DNA of 59,534 nucleotides, counting the filler. It is 7 parts of 7 records of this genome, joined end to end, with 100 filler letters (N's around TTAATTAATTAA, not from the genome) between each part and the next. Parts side by side here need not be neighbours in the genome. Positions count along the whole stretch, not along the records: positions 29,509 to 39,386 come from SRR31156797_21573; positions 39,487 to 52,457 come from SRR31156797_21586; 5 more parts are not named here. One strand, given 5' to 3'. Below, piece after piece: positions 29,509 through 40,280 of the stretch (position 1 is its first letter; each line of letters starts with the position of its first letter). A model generated the notes under the pieces. The model had not been told where the DNA came from. It ran no database searches and saw nothing but the letters and a program-made list of their open reading frames with translations. Made by a program: the position numbers and the translations under genes.

Positions 29509-30669
29509 TTTATCTTTGTTGGCCATATCCTGTCCCCAAATAAATGTATCTGGATTATGGCGAAATTCAGCTTTTAAAGTTTCATTTAATGCCGTAATTA
29601 ATTTTTTCTTCTCACCTTTTTCGGAATGAATTCCTTCAGGATATTTTTCTGACACCACAGGATCGGGCAGCACAAAATCGTAAATTGACGCCGGATCAGG
29701 ATCTGGCGCAGCCATTGCAGCTTTATGTGCAGCTTTAATTACTTTTTTGGTATCTTCTTCAATGGCCAGAATTTCTTCCTCGGTAAACCGTTCATAGCGA
29801 ATTAACATTCTTCTGAATTTTGCCAGAGGATCGTATTGTTCTACATAATTTCTTTCAGCCTGACTTCTATAAAGTAAATGATCATCGGAATTTGAATGTG
29901 AATGCATTCGCACACAATTTGCCTGAACCATAACGGGTTTAGATTCTTCAATGGCATATTTTTTGGCTTCTGCCATAGCATTCATCGAATCAAAAACATC
30001 TTTCCCGTTACAATGGATAATTCTTAAGTTTTTAAAGCCTGTAAAATTATTAGCTACTTTACGTTGAGCTGTTTGATCTTTTTTAGGAACAGAAATTCCA
30101 TAACCATTATCTTGTACAACAAAAATAACAGGCAATTCTTCCTTATCAGCACCGTTTATCGCTTCATAAACATATCCTTCACTTACCGATGATTCTCCCT
30201 GTCCGCTAATCGCAACTGCTTTTTCGCCATAATATTTAATAGCCCTCGCCGTTCCAACAGCATGCAGCGTATGATTTCCTGTTGAAGAAGAAACACTATG
30301 AATATTCCACTCAGGTTTAGCCAGGTGGTTCGACATATGACGTCCGCCACTCGAGGGATCGGTTGCCTTTGAAATTCCATTTAAGATAATTTCTTCCGGT
30401 GTCATTCCGGCAGCCAGAGCGGTTCCCATTTCACGATAATACAAAAATAAGTGATCTTTGTTTTTTTCGAAAACCTGGCCAACTGCCAATTGAATTCCAT
30501 CGTGTCCTGCATATGGCGCATGATACGACCAGCCAATTGCCTGTTTTAAATAATTAGGAGCTTTGTTATCAATAGCTCTTCCAACCGACAATAAACGATA
30601 CCAATTTTCCAGGGTTTCTTTTGGAGTCTTTTTTATCGAATATATTTTGGGAATATCTTTATCCGTCAT
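29509..30669 (-). CDS. 2-oxoacid dehydrogenase E1 alpha/beta fusion, 3'-truncated
   Basis: GGRHMSNH, GESSVSEG...QDNGYGIS TPP motif, RMHSHSNSD, beta domain start IWGQD. Confidence 0.92.
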
Positions 30670-30681
30670 TTTTACTTGTTT

Positions 30682-31989
30682 TTAAATTGAACGATTAATA
30701 TCAAACTGTTCGAGGTTATCTGCAATTTTTCTAAGAAATGCGCCTCCCAAAGCACCATCAATAATACGATGATCGTAAGATAGTGAAAGAAACATTTTGT
30801 GTCGTATTACAATTGCATCTCCAGTAGGAGTTTCCATAACTGCCGGTTTCTTTTCAATACTTCCGGTTGCCAGTATTGCAACCTGCGGCTGATTTATAAT
30901 TGGAGTACCTATTAAATTTCTAAAAGTTCCGAAATTTGTAATTGTAAAAGTTCCTCCCTGAATTTCTTCAATGGTTAATTTATTACTTCGAGCTGCTTCA
31001 GCCAACCTGTTCAACTCTTTTGTAAGACCAACTAAATTCTTTTGTTCTGAATTTTTAATTACCGGAACAATCAAATTTCCATCAGGTTTTGCCACTGCAA
31101 TACCAATATTAATGTCCTTTTTAAGTATTATTTTATCGCCATCGACCGATGAATTTACCAATGGAAACTCGGCTAGTGCTGCTGCAACTGCCTCAGTAAA
31201 AATTGGCATATATGTAATTTTATCGCCATATTTCTTCTGGAATTCATCTTTATTCTTGTTTCTCCAGAATACAAGTTCAGTAACATCTGCTTCAACAACA
31301 GAGGTAACATGCGGCGATACTTGTTTAGACATTACCATATGATCGGCAATTAACTTTCTCACCCTATCCATTTCGATTATCTGATCACCTGCTCCTACTG
31401 AAACGGGCAATGGTGCCGGGGTTTTTCGTTCAGTTGTACCTGATTCTGTTTTAGCCGTAACTTCTGACTTTTCAGTACCCTTTTTACTTATATAATCCAG
31501 TATATCTTTTTTCTGAACTCTACCGTTAGCTCCCGAACCACTTATCGATTCAAGTTCTTCCAACGAAATATTTTCTTGTTTTGCAATGGTTTTAACCAAT
31601 GGTGAATAAAAACGATTCGATAATTCCCTTGCATTATCAATTTGTGGCTCATTTGACTCTTTCTCTGTACTTTGCGAAGTTTTAGTATCTTTTACTTCAG
31701 TTTTTTCTTCCGAACTGCTTTCATCCACTTCGTCATCACCATCCATACTTATAATAGCCAAAATCTCTCCAACAGGAACCAAACTGTCTTCCTCAAAAAG
31801 GATTTTGGATATCACTCCATCTACAGGAGAAGGTATCTCAGAATCAACTTTATCGGTTGCAACTTCAAATAACATATCGTCTTCTTCAACGCTATCTCCT
31901 TCTTTTACAAACCATTTCGTTATTGTGCCTTCCTGAATACTTTCACCCAGTTTTGGCATTATAATGTTAAATTTTGACATAACTTTCAA
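30682..31989 (-). CDS. 2-oxoacid dehydrogenase E2 (dihydrolipoamide acyltransferase)
   Basis: Lipoyl EVATDKVDSE, GSGANGRV binding domain, SYDHRIIDG. Confidence 0.95.
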   Translation of the reverse strand: MKVMSKFNIIMPKLGESIQEGTITKWFVKEGDSVEEDDMLFEVATDKVDSEIPSPVDGVISKILFEEDSLVPVGEILAIISMDGDDEVDESSSEEKTEVKDTKTSQSTEKESNEPQIDNARELSNRFYSPLVKTIAKQENISLEELESISGSGANGRVQKKDILDYISKKGTEKSEVTAKTESGTTERKTPAPLPVSVGAGDQIIEMDRVRKLIADHMVMSKQVSPHVTSVVEADVTELVFWRNKNKDEFQKKYGDKITYMPIFTEAVAAALAEFPLVNSSVDGDKIILKKDINIGIAVAKPDGNLIVPVIKNSEQKNLVGLTKELNRLAEAARSNKLTIEEIQGGTFTITNFGTFRNLIGTPIINQPQVAILATGSIEKKPAVMETPTGDAIVIRHKMFLSLSYDHRIIDGALGGAFLRKIADNLEQFDINRSI

Positions 31990-32218
31990 AGGTTTTTTTT
32001 CAATATTTGTAATTTACACATTCAATAACATTGCAAAAATTGAAATGTTCACATTGCAATTCTATATTTACAATAAATAATTTCTATTGTAATTTCTGCT
32101 ACCAAAGCCCAATACGTAAATTACAAAAAGTTGCTCAGGGAAAAAAGAAAATGAAGATTGAAATTAGTTTATCTGTAATTATTAATAATTAACTAAACAT
32201 ATTCCAAATACAGATAAG

Positions 32219-33130
32219 TTACATTTGTAAACTACCAGTTAATTCACTGGCAGACTTCAAGTTATGACGTTTCAGATAATCTTCGATACCATCAATAATT
32301 TTCACAGGAATAAAAGGATCTTTAAAAATAGCAGTCCCCACCTGAACCGCCGAGGCACCTGCAAGCATAAATTCTATTGCATCTGTGGCATTCATAATTC
32401 CTCCCATACCAATTACCGGTATTTTTACCGCATTATAAACCTGCCAAACCATTCGCAAAGCAATGGGTTTTATAGCCGGACCAGATAATCCACCTGTTAC
32501 AGTTGATAAAAGAGGAGTTCTCTTTTCTGCATCAACTGCCATACCTAAAAAAGTATTCACAAGCGATACACAGTCGGCCCCCTGCCCTTCAACGGCCTTG
32601 GCAATTTCTGTAACATTAGTAACATTAGGCGAAAGCTTTACTATTAATGTTTTGTTGTACGCTCTTCGCACCTCTCTGGTAACGGCCTCAGCACTCGGAC
32701 AACTTATTCCAAATGACATACCTCCCTCTTTTACATTCGGACAAGAAATGTTTAATTCAATGGCGGGAATATGTTCTAATTCATTAACTTTTTCAGTTAA
32801 CTCAACATATTCTTCAACCGTTGATCCATTTACATTTATAATTAACGGAGTATCATAATCCTTAATCCTGGGATAAATATTTTCAATAAAATAATCGACA
32901 CCCTTATTCTGAAGACCAACTGCATTCAGCATTCCAGATGCAGTTTCTGCCATTCGCGGATAAGGATTACCATCCCTGTTTTTTAAAGTAGTACCTTTTA
33001 ATAAAACTGCCCCAAGTTTCGATACATCATAAAAATCATTTAATTCTTCAGCAAATCCGGAAGTACCAGATGCTGTCATTACAGGATTTTTAAGCTCAAG
33101 ATTATGTATTTTAATATTTAAATCTGCCAT
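32219..33130 (-). CDS. pyrD: Dihydroorotate dehydrogenase 1B catalytic subunit
   Basis: [35 protein letters not shown]. Confidence 0.96.
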   Translation of the reverse strand: MADLNIKIHNLELKNPVMTASGTSGFAEELNDFYDVSKLGAVLLKGTTLKNRDGNPYPRMAETASGMLNAVGLQNKGVDYFIENIYPRIKDYDTPLIINVNGSTVEEYVELTEKVNELEHIPAIELNISCPNVKEGGMSFGISCPSAEAVTREVRRAYNKTLIVKLSPNVTNVTEIAKAVEGQGADCVSLVNTFLGMAVDAEKRTPLLSTVTGGLSGPAIKPIALRMVWQVYNAVKIPVIGMGGIMNATDAIEFMLAGASAVQVGTAIFKDPFIPVKIIDGIEDYLKRHNLKSASELTGSLQM

Positions 33131-33897
33131 TTTAACTCCTTTATATTAAAAACAGGGCCTTCAGTACAAACACACAAATTACCTTTCTGAGTAGGTTCTA
33201 TACAACATAAACAAACACCAAATCCGCATGCCATAAGATTTTCAAGAGAAACTTCACAAAAAATATTTTCTTTCGCTGCTATTTTAGCAATCGATTTCAT
33301 CATAGCATCAGGTCCGCAAGCATAAATTTTATCAAATGTACTTATATCCTTAAAAACAGAATGATGTGTAACAAATCCTTTCTCTCCAACCGTTCCATCT
33401 TCGGTGGTAAAAAGTAAATTTCCATACTTTGAATAATTATCCACGTTCACATGATCGTCTTTTGAACGCGCCCCCAGTAGAATATTTACATTTTTTTGTT
33501 CTAATCCAGATTCTTTTGCTAAAAAAAGCATCGGAGCTACTCCACTACCGCCACCTATTAACAAAATTTTATCCGAATTGGAAGGATAAGTAAATCCTTT
33601 GCCTAAAGGAAATACAAGATTTAGTTTATCACCAGCCTTGATTTCAGTAAGTTTTTTGGATCCTTTTCCAAGAATTTTTACGATAAGAGATAAGGTATTA
33701 TTGGAGTAATCTACTTCAAATATTGAAAATGGCCTTCGAAGAAAAACTTCTTTTGAATCTTTAATTTCAATATTAACGAATTGCCCCGGTTTAATCTCAG
33801 GAAATTTAAAGTTTGATTGTAATTTAATTAGAAAATTCGTTGGATTTAATGGTATATTTTCAATAACTCGTAAATCTTCGACAAATTTTTTACTCAT
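33118..33897 (-). CDS. pyrK: Dihydroorotate dehydrogenase electron transfer subunit
   Basis: [28 protein letters not shown]...C; ATG at 33897 follows a TATCTTTG -7 element (33916-33923). Confidence 0.95.
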   Translation of the reverse strand: MSKKFVEDLRVIENIPLNPTNFLIKLQSNFKFPEIKPGQFVNIEIKDSKEVFLRRPFSIFEVDYSNNTLSLIVKILGKGSKKLTEIKAGDKLNLVFPLGKGFTYPSNSDKILLIGGGSGVAPMLFLAKESGLEQKNVNILLGARSKDDHVNVDNYSKYGNLLFTTEDGTVGEKGFVTHHSVFKDISTFDKIYACGPDAMMKSIAKIAAKENIFCEVSLENLMACGFGVCLCCIEPTQKGNLCVCTEGPVFNIKELKWQI

Positions 33898-33967
33898 TTT
33901 GTAAAAGTTTGCGTGCAAAGATAAAGAATAATTTTTCTTGAAATATAGATTTTGAATGAGTGTTAAT

Positions 33968-34001
33968 AAAAAAAAGGCCGTTATTTTTATGAATAACGGC
34001 C
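33968..34001 (-). terminator. Intrinsic terminator
   Basis: Minus strand GGCCGTTATT-CATAAA-AATAACGGCC-T8. Confidence 0.88.
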
Positions 34002-34115
34002 CAGCAACTTCTGTAACTAAAAGATCAAACGATTATAATAAAATTGGGTTTGTAAATCTTGATATATAATCTTAAAACATCTTGTCTTTATTTGTATATA
34101 ATGTCTAAAAGAACT
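33968..34115 (-). ncRNA. Candidate ~150-nt small RNA
   Basis: Bounded by canonical promoter (34120-34151) and terminator (33968-34001); only ATG reads Met-Phe-stop. Confidence 0.6.
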
Positions 34116-34119
34116 AATA

Positions 34120-34151
34120 CAAATGTAAATACTTTTTCAACACCATGCAAA
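34120..34151 (-). promoter_or_regulatory. Bacteroidota primary-sigma promoter
   Basis: TTTG-N20-TACATTTG on minus strand. Confidence 0.75.
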
Positions 34152-34304
34152 CATTTGTGAATTTATTTTTAATTAAATTTTACTTTTGTAGTCATTTGAA
34201 AATATAAAAGGTTTGCACTTTTGTATTAACTGCAGCTTAATGCATTAATTATCAGAATAATATTATAACTTTTCAATAATTATTACTTATAGAATTATAG
34301 TGCA

Positions 34305-34339
34305 TAAAAAATGCCGTCTATAAAAAACAGGCGGCATTT
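34305..34339 (-). terminator. Intrinsic terminator of XRE gene
   Basis: Minus strand AATGCCGCCTG...TAGACGGCATT followed by T run. Confidence 0.75.
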
Positions 34340-34409
34340 AACTTCTTTTACAAATGATTCAGGAAGGAATCTAAATTTGTAAACCGTATGTGACATCAAT
34401 CATCTAACC

Positions 34410-34787
34410 TTATTTTGTGTTATTATCGTAGGTATCGAATGTACCATCGTTGTATAGCAATACTATTTTATTTATTTGCTTATTGCTTTCTTTAAGTTCA
34501 GAAATTAAAGAAGAATGTTTTACAGGTTCTAAAATTACCTTTTTCAGTTTTTCCTGGGTTGGAACATTCTCGTTCTCTCCTCTCGTCATATTTCCTTCAC
34601 CGGTTAGCAACCACCTTGCATCTAGTTCAGGAAAAACAATTAACATCTTTTCTATTAATGAGGCTCCTGGTTTATTTCTGCCATTCAAAATATGAGAAAT
34701 ATTTGAACGCTGTACTTCAAGTAAAGTTGCAAGCTCGCCTGCACTTATGCCTTTGTAGTCGATGAATTCTTTAATTCGCTCCTTCAT
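34410..34787 (-). CDS. XRE-family HTH transcriptional regulator
   Basis: ISAGELATLLEVQRSNISHILNGRNKP...WLLTGEG; C-terminal IVLLYNDGTF. Confidence 0.9.
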   Translation of the reverse strand: MKERIKEFIDYKGISAGELATLLEVQRSNISHILNGRNKPGASLIEKMLIVFPELDARWLLTGEGNMTRGENENVPTQEKLKKVILEPVKHSSLISELKESNKQINKIVLLYNDGTFDTYDNNTK

Positions 34788-34847
34788 CTTTTATACGTTT
34801 TTTTTATTCAAAAAGGTCCATATAACTCATGAGTAATAAATCAATGA

Positions 34848-34884
34848 GTTACACAAATGTAACAATAAAGTTTTAGCTTTCAAA
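34848..34884 (-). promoter_or_regulatory. XRE gene promoter with overlapping palindrome
   Basis: TTTG-N19-TACATTTG; GTTACA-N4-TGTAAC inverted repeat overlaps the -7 element. Confidence 0.65.
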
Positions 34885-35627
34885 GTTATTTTATTTACTA
34901 CCGAAATATAACATAACCAAAAATCAATTAAAAACGACTTCAAATTAACTTCATTTAAAAACTATAAACTTATGGTTTTCATATATTTATGAGAAATTAA
35001 TATTTGTTTTTGGGCTTAGTTTTATAAAGAAACAGCATTCTAGTTAAATTTCAATTGAAATAAAATCTTTAATTAATTGAAATTATGAACTTTATGATAT
35101 AATTATACGCATTTGTAATGATGTGTTAATGATTATATAATTATCGAATAAATAATAAATGATTTGGCGTTATTTATTTGCGAAATTATTCATTAGTTCG
35201 TTACATTAATAAAATACAAATCAAAAATTGTATTCATTTATGTAATTTCTGGTTAAAATTATTTTATATTATTCAATTACTTTAAGTTCACAATAGTATA
35301 ATATATGTTTGGTTTTGTAAATACACGATATTGCGCATTTTTACAAATGTATTTAAAACTATAAGAAACAGTGTTTAAATAGTATCAAGATAAAAAAATA
35401 CCTGCGATCGAATTAATTGGTGGAAATATCAAATGTTTGTGCATAATATTAACTCAGAATGTAATATTTCATAGATAATCCCCTTGCCCGATATAAATAT
35501 TAAAATCTCAGACAATTAAATCAACAATATTTTATTAATAAATAACTGATAACATGACTATTATTAAGTCAATAATAATTTCTATTTTTCGCGGCAAATA
35601 AATCAGAAAACTCAAAAAACAGAATAA

Positions 35628-36821
35628 ATGCGGTCATTTCAATCCATATTCCTAATTATTTTTATTGCTTTTCATTTATTAATCACATTTGGAGCTTTTT
35701 CCTCAATAAAAGACTTGATAGCAAAAAAAGGGCGAAAAACATTTAACCTGTTGTATTGGTGCTACTCTCTCCTGCTGGTAATTTTACTTTTTATTTTCTA
35801 CGTTTATCCTAATAATCCAAGAGAAGCGCATAACTACACTTTCTATTTTTATTTTAATGCAATACTTTTTATTGATATTGTTTTTAAAATACCTATTAAT
35901 TTATCTTATCTGATTGCTCTATTTCTAAAAAGAAATAATATTATACGTTTTAGCGGATTTATAATTGCCATAGGACTTGGACTGGGTTTGGTATATGGAT
36001 TAATAAATGGGAATAAAGAATTGAAAATTAGCAGCTTTGAGTTGGATTATTCAAATCTACCTGAGGAATTTAATGATTATAAAATTGTACAAATTTCTGA
36101 TATTCATTTGGGAAGCTTTAAAAACTCTAACAACATATTAATTAAATCTAAAGAAAAGATTCAGCAATTAAAACCTGACATTATACTTTTTACCGGAGAT
36201 TTAGTAAATAATTTTTCATATGAAACTGATGCGTGGGAAAACGTTTTTAAAGATTTAAATTCTATTGCACCTGCTTTTTCCATTTTAGGAAACCATGATT
36301 ATGGCGATTATACTACCTGGGATACTGATAACGAAAAGGTAAATAATTTTGAAGAGATTATTAATGCGCATAAAAAGCTTGGGTTTCAACTTCTAAGAAA
36401 TGAGAATCGGATTATTTGCAGTGGCAACGATTCAATCTTTTTGCTGGGTGTTGAAAACTGGGGCCACCCTCCTTTTCCGCAGTATGCCAATTTAGAAAAA
36501 GCGTTTCTGAACATACCCGATGAATCGTTCAAAATTCTGATGTCTCACGATCCTGCACATTGGGAGTCTCAAATTGCCAACAAACAAAACATTGATCTTA
36601 CACTTTCGGGGCACACACACGGTTTACAGTGGGGCATTAAATTAGGTGGAATTCCTTTTTCGCTAGCCTATTTAACAAGGCAGAATTGGGGTGGATTGTA
36701 CAAAACAAAAAATAATGCATTGATTGTAAATACCGGTCTTGGCACAGTAGGAATTCCTTGGAGAATTGACATGCCGGCAGAAATCACTGTAATTACGTTA
36801 AAGAGTAGTCAAGTCGATTGA
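35628..36821 (+). CDS. Membrane-anchored metallophosphoesterase (YkuE-like)
   Basis: N-terminal TMs; DIH, GDLVN, GNHD, SHDP, SGHTHG. Confidence 0.93.
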   Translation: MRSFQSIFLIIFIAFHLLITFGAFSSIKDLIAKKGRKTFNLLYWCYSLLLVILLFIFYVYPNNPREAHNYTFYFYFNAILFIDIVFKIPINLSYLIALFLKRNNIIRFSGFIIAIGLGLGLVYGLINGNKELKISSFELDYSNLPEEFNDYKIVQISDIHLGSFKNSNNILIKSKEKIQQLKPDIILFTGDLVNNFSYETDAWENVFKDLNSIAPAFSILGNHDYGDYTTWDTDNEKVNNFEEIINAHKKLGFQLLRNENRIICSGNDSIFLLGVENWGHPPFPQYANLEKAFLNIPDESFKILMSHDPAHWESQIANKQNIDLTLSGHTHGLQWGIKLGGIPFSLAYLTRQNWGGLYKTKNNALIVNTGLGTVGIPWRIDMPAEITVITLKSSQVD

Positions 36822-39386
36822 AAATAAAAAATCGAAATATACATTATCCAGTTCAGGAAGATAGGATGCCCTGACACCAATATTTGCCGGTGCATAAAAA
36901 CGTAAAAAATTCACATCGCCTGTTAATTCAATTCCTAGCGATGAAATGTTTTTTGAAAATGTACCTGTTATTTCGCTATTTTCATAAACACTGCCTTTTA
37001 ATAATGCATAATCGGCAAATAATGAAGCCTTTATACGACGTAAATAAATGAATGATGCCAGATTCCAGTCGGGATAAAACAGTGGTAATTTATAATCTGC
37101 TCCCAAACTAACCATTTCGGTTGTATTTATTTTCCCCCAACCTCTAGGATATTTAATAGCATCGGAGAAATTATAAGATTCACCAATATCTTTAGTTTGA
37201 AATCCGCCATAAAAACGTGTTCCGTGATTTCTTAAAAATCCGGGCAAATATAAATAAGACTGAACCGTGGCAATATTTCCTAAATTCGCCGTGCCCACCG
37301 GCGTGTGTTGATAATTTCCATCTACAATAATTCCAAAATTTGGATAAACATCCTGTACACTTTTCCTGAGCAATTGATAATAATATAACCGGTAAGATAA
37401 TGTCTGTAAATTTCCGTAAAAGAAACTTTCCGGCGTAGATTCGTCGTGTTTATAATATGCCAGGTTATATTGAAATTCAGGCTGAAACAAACGTAAAAAT
37501 TTTCCTTTCGAAAAATTTAGTGGGATTCTAATGTCAAGTTCGGCATTAGCAATATTCCATGTAAACCGCTGTAATGAAGTATCCTGGTTAACAATTTCTC
37601 CATTACTATTTTTGGTTTGTATAATCTCGTAATATTTCGATGCACTTTTTCCATAACTGCCTTCGATGCTAATAACCGGATACCAACCTTTAAACGTATA
37701 ATTGGCATAATACTTCCCTGTTTTATTCTGAATATCCCATTTATATCCCAAAATTGTTTCGGCTGTTCCCAATTTGTTTTGCGACATAATACTTGCTCCC
37801 GGAACTACATCAAAGTTTTGAATATCGATAAAAACAGGAGCCCAACTATGAAAATTTAGCAAATGAGTTGATTTATTGTATTTTTTCGATTCGTATGTTA
37901 TATTCTCCGGTACTTTAAAATCTGGAATTCCTTTTTCCTGCTCTGCTAATTTATCGGCAAGTTTATAATTTGCCTGTTTTATTTCTTCCAGAAGTTTAAC
38001 ATTTTCATTTTGATCCAATATTTGAATCAATCTAAATCCGTCGGAAGAATAATCACTTAAAATAATTTTTCCCTTATCGGGTGAAATGGCCGGTGATTCT
38101 ACTCCAAAACGGGGTTCATAAATAAATTTTGTTTCGCCGGTATTCAAATTGTATGAATACAAACTGTTTTTACCTGAATAACTACTAATAAAAAATATAT
38201 GGTTTTCTGAAACTTTAAGTTGCTTTATTTCACCTAAATCCTTGTTTATCAGAATTTCCACGATTTTGTTTTCCAGGTTCAACTTTGCCAACCTTTTGCC
38301 ATTTTCATATAATAAAACAACGGCCAGTTCATTTTCATTTATCCATTCCGGAGAAAAAAAGTAATTGTTATTTTTAGTTTGAATCCGGTTTAGAAGTGAA
38401 CCCTCTTTTATAGAATATATCGAAATAAAATAGTTGTTGGAGAAATCTGTTTCAACCACCGCCACTTTTGTTTTATCGGGTGAAATTGACGGACTAAAAC
38501 TTTTATTTACCGTTTTAAATTCAACTATTTTTTTTGAATCGACATTAAAAATACGAATTAAGGATTTTCCACTGTGCGCCCATCGTGGATTGGGAATCTG
38601 TTCAGACCAAATAATTAAATCATCGGTATAATTAACCGATTCACTAAAAATAGCACCGGGAGTATAAAGTTTCTTTTCTTTCCCGTTTTTATCGATTGAA
38701 ACAAATGCGGCAACTGTGTTTAACGATGTTTTATAAGATATTATTGTTGAGCTATTTAACCAATGATTGTATGTATAATTTGTATATTTTTTATTTTCGG
38801 GAGAAACAATTTGAAATGGAATACTTTCAAATTCGTGGTTTTCTTTTTGCCACACATTTCTTAAACTATCAAACACGGAATAATACAATTTTACTTTATT
38901 AAACCCGGTTTCTTTTTTTAATGCTGAATTAAACGGATTAAAAGAAAGAGGGTGTTTTGCCACATTCCACAAAACCGATTCCCAGGTATCGGCCCCATAT
39001 CTTTCGCGTGTGTTTCCAACTAAAAAATATCCTAATTTATAATGGTTAGGAACAAAACTTTTTAACGAACCGTTATATGCTTTATCGTAAGAATACACTC
39101 CTTTTTCTACTACCTGTGCTTTATGTTCCATTAAAAACGAGGGAAACCGTCCACGCCCGTAATTACTTAACGCCGTTTCGGTTACAACTGCATCTCCTTC
39201 AATAAACCACCATGGCAGATAAGCACCAAAAACCAAAGCGGTTCCCTGCTGCCCAAATAAAGCCTTTAGTATTCGAGGCATTTCATGTTCAATTTTATCT
39301 ACCTGAACCACATGTCTGAATTCGTGAATTGCTAATTGCTCTAACCAATCTTGCGGATAAATTCCCTGGTGTGGCGTAGTATAAAA
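36798..39386 (-). CDS. Outer-membrane protein: HEXXH peptidase-like domain, beta-propeller, beta-barrel; 5'-truncated
   Basis: Frame open to gap: LAIHEFRHVVQ, then WFIEGDAV; SPSISPD/SPAISPD TolB-type repeats; barrel-like C-terminus. Confidence 0.75.
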   Translation of the reverse strand, partial: FYTTPHQGIYPQDWLEQLAIHEFRHVVQVDKIEHEMPRILKALFGQQGTALVFGAYLPWWFIEGDAVVTETALSNYGRGRFPSFLMEHKAQVVEKGVYSYDKAYNGSLKSFVPNHYKLGYFLVGNTRERYGADTWESVLWNVAKHPLSFNPFNSALKKETGFNKVKLYYSVFDSLRNVWQKENHEFESIPFQIVSPENKKYTNYTYNHWLNSSTIISYKTSLNTVAAFVSIDKNGKEKKLYTPGAIFSESVNYTDDLIIWSEQIPNPRWAHSGKSLIRIFNVDSKKIVEFKTVNKSFSPSISPDKTKVAVVETDFSNNYFISIYSIKEGSLLNRIQTKNNNYFFSPEWINENELAVVLLYENGKRLAKLNLENKIVEILINKDLGEIKQLKVSENHIFFISSYSGKNSLYSYNLNTGETKFIYEPRFGVESPAISPDKGKIILSDYSSDGFRLIQILDQNENVKLLEEIKQANYKLADKLAEQEKGIPDFKVPENITYESKKYNKSTHLLNFHSWAPVFIDIQNFDVVPGASIMSQNKLGTAETILGYKWDIQNKTGKYYANYTFKGWYPVISIEGSYGKSASKYYEIIQTKNSNGEIVNQDTSLQRFTWNIANAELDIRIPLNFSKGKFLRLFQPEFQYNLAYYKHDESTPESFFYGNLQTLSYRLYYYQLLRKSVQDVYPNFGIIVDGNYQHTPVGTANLGNIATVQSYLYLPGFLRNHGTRFYGGFQTKDIGESYNFSDAIKYPRGWGKINTTEMVSLGADYKLPLFYPDWNLASFIYLRRIKASLFADYALLKGSVYENSEITGTFSKNISSLGIELTGDVNFLRFYAPANIGVRASYLPELDNVYFDFLFSIDLTTL

Positions 39387-39486
39387 NNNNNNNNNNNNNN
39401 NNNNNNNNNNNNNNNNNNNNNNNNNNNNNNTTAATTAATTAANNNNNNNNNNNNNNNNNNNNNNNNNNNNNNNNNNNNNNNNNNNN
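39387..39486. other. Artificial contig linker
   Basis: N run with TTAATTAATTAA. Confidence 0.98.
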
Positions 39487-39487
39487 T

Positions 39488-40135
39488 GATGAAATTGGTC
39501 GTCGTATTGCAATTGGTAACTTCCAGGAATTGAATGTAATTGTGAAAGGTGACGTGGATGGTTCAATTGAGGCACTTTCTGACTCATTGATCAAGCTTTC
39601 AACTGACGAAATTCAGGTGAATGTAATCCACAAAGGTGTAGGACAAATTTCTGAATCAGATATCTTGTTAGCAGCTGCATCAAACGCCATTATCATTGGA
39701 TTCCAGGTGCGCCCATCAATTGCTGCACGTAAATTAGCAGAGAAAGAAGAAATTGATATTCGCCTTTATTCCGTTATTTACGATGCTATCAACGAACTTC
39801 GCGATGCGATGGAAGGAATGCTTTCACCAGATATTAAAGAAGAGATTCGTGGTACTGCTGAGGTTCTTGACGTATTCAAAATTACCAAAGTGGGTAAAAT
39901 TGCAGGTTGTATTGTACGTGAAGGTAAAATTAACCGAAAATCGAAAGTACGCTTGATCCGTGAAGGTATTGTTGTTTACACAGGAGAATTAGGTTCACTG
40001 AAACGATTCAAAGACGATGCAAAAGAAGTTGTATCGGGTTATGAATGTGGATTGAACATTGAAAACTTCAACGACATTAAAGTAGGCGACATGGTAGAAG
40101 CCTTCGAAGAAGTAGAAGTGAAGAAAAAATTATAA
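39488..40135 (+). CDS. infB: Translation initiation factor IF-2, C-terminal part
   Basis: [37 protein letters not shown]. Confidence 0.97.
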   Translation, partial: DEIGRRIAIGNFQELNVIVKGDVDGSIEALSDSLIKLSTDEIQVNVIHKGVGQISESDILLAAASNAIIIGFQVRPSIAARKLAEKEEIDIRLYSVIYDAINELRDAMEGMLSPDIKEEIRGTAEVLDVFKITKVGKIAGCIVREGKINRKSKVRLIREGIVVYTGELGSLKRFKDDAKEVVSGYECGLNIENFNDIKVGDMVEAFEEVEVKKKL

Positions 40136-40151
40136 CATATAAAACCCCAAC

Positions 40152-40184
40152 AAAAGGCTTCTTGGTATACAGGAAGCCTTTTTT
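40152..40184 (+). terminator. Intrinsic terminator after infB
   Basis: AAAAGGCTTCTTG...CAGGAAGCCTTTTTT. Confidence 0.85.
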
Positions 40185-40280
40185 CATTATAACAAAAGTG
40201 AAATAATTCAAACATAAATTAAGCAGCTTGAAGAATAAATCTTTATATTCGCTGTTTATAATTCATAAACATTTTGAAAC

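Noticed and set aside
33968-34115. PyrR/UTP attenuator for pyrK-pyrD
   Set aside because: pyrK has its own TATCTTTG -7 element downstream of the terminator and no PyrR loop motif is evident; disfavoured rather than excluded
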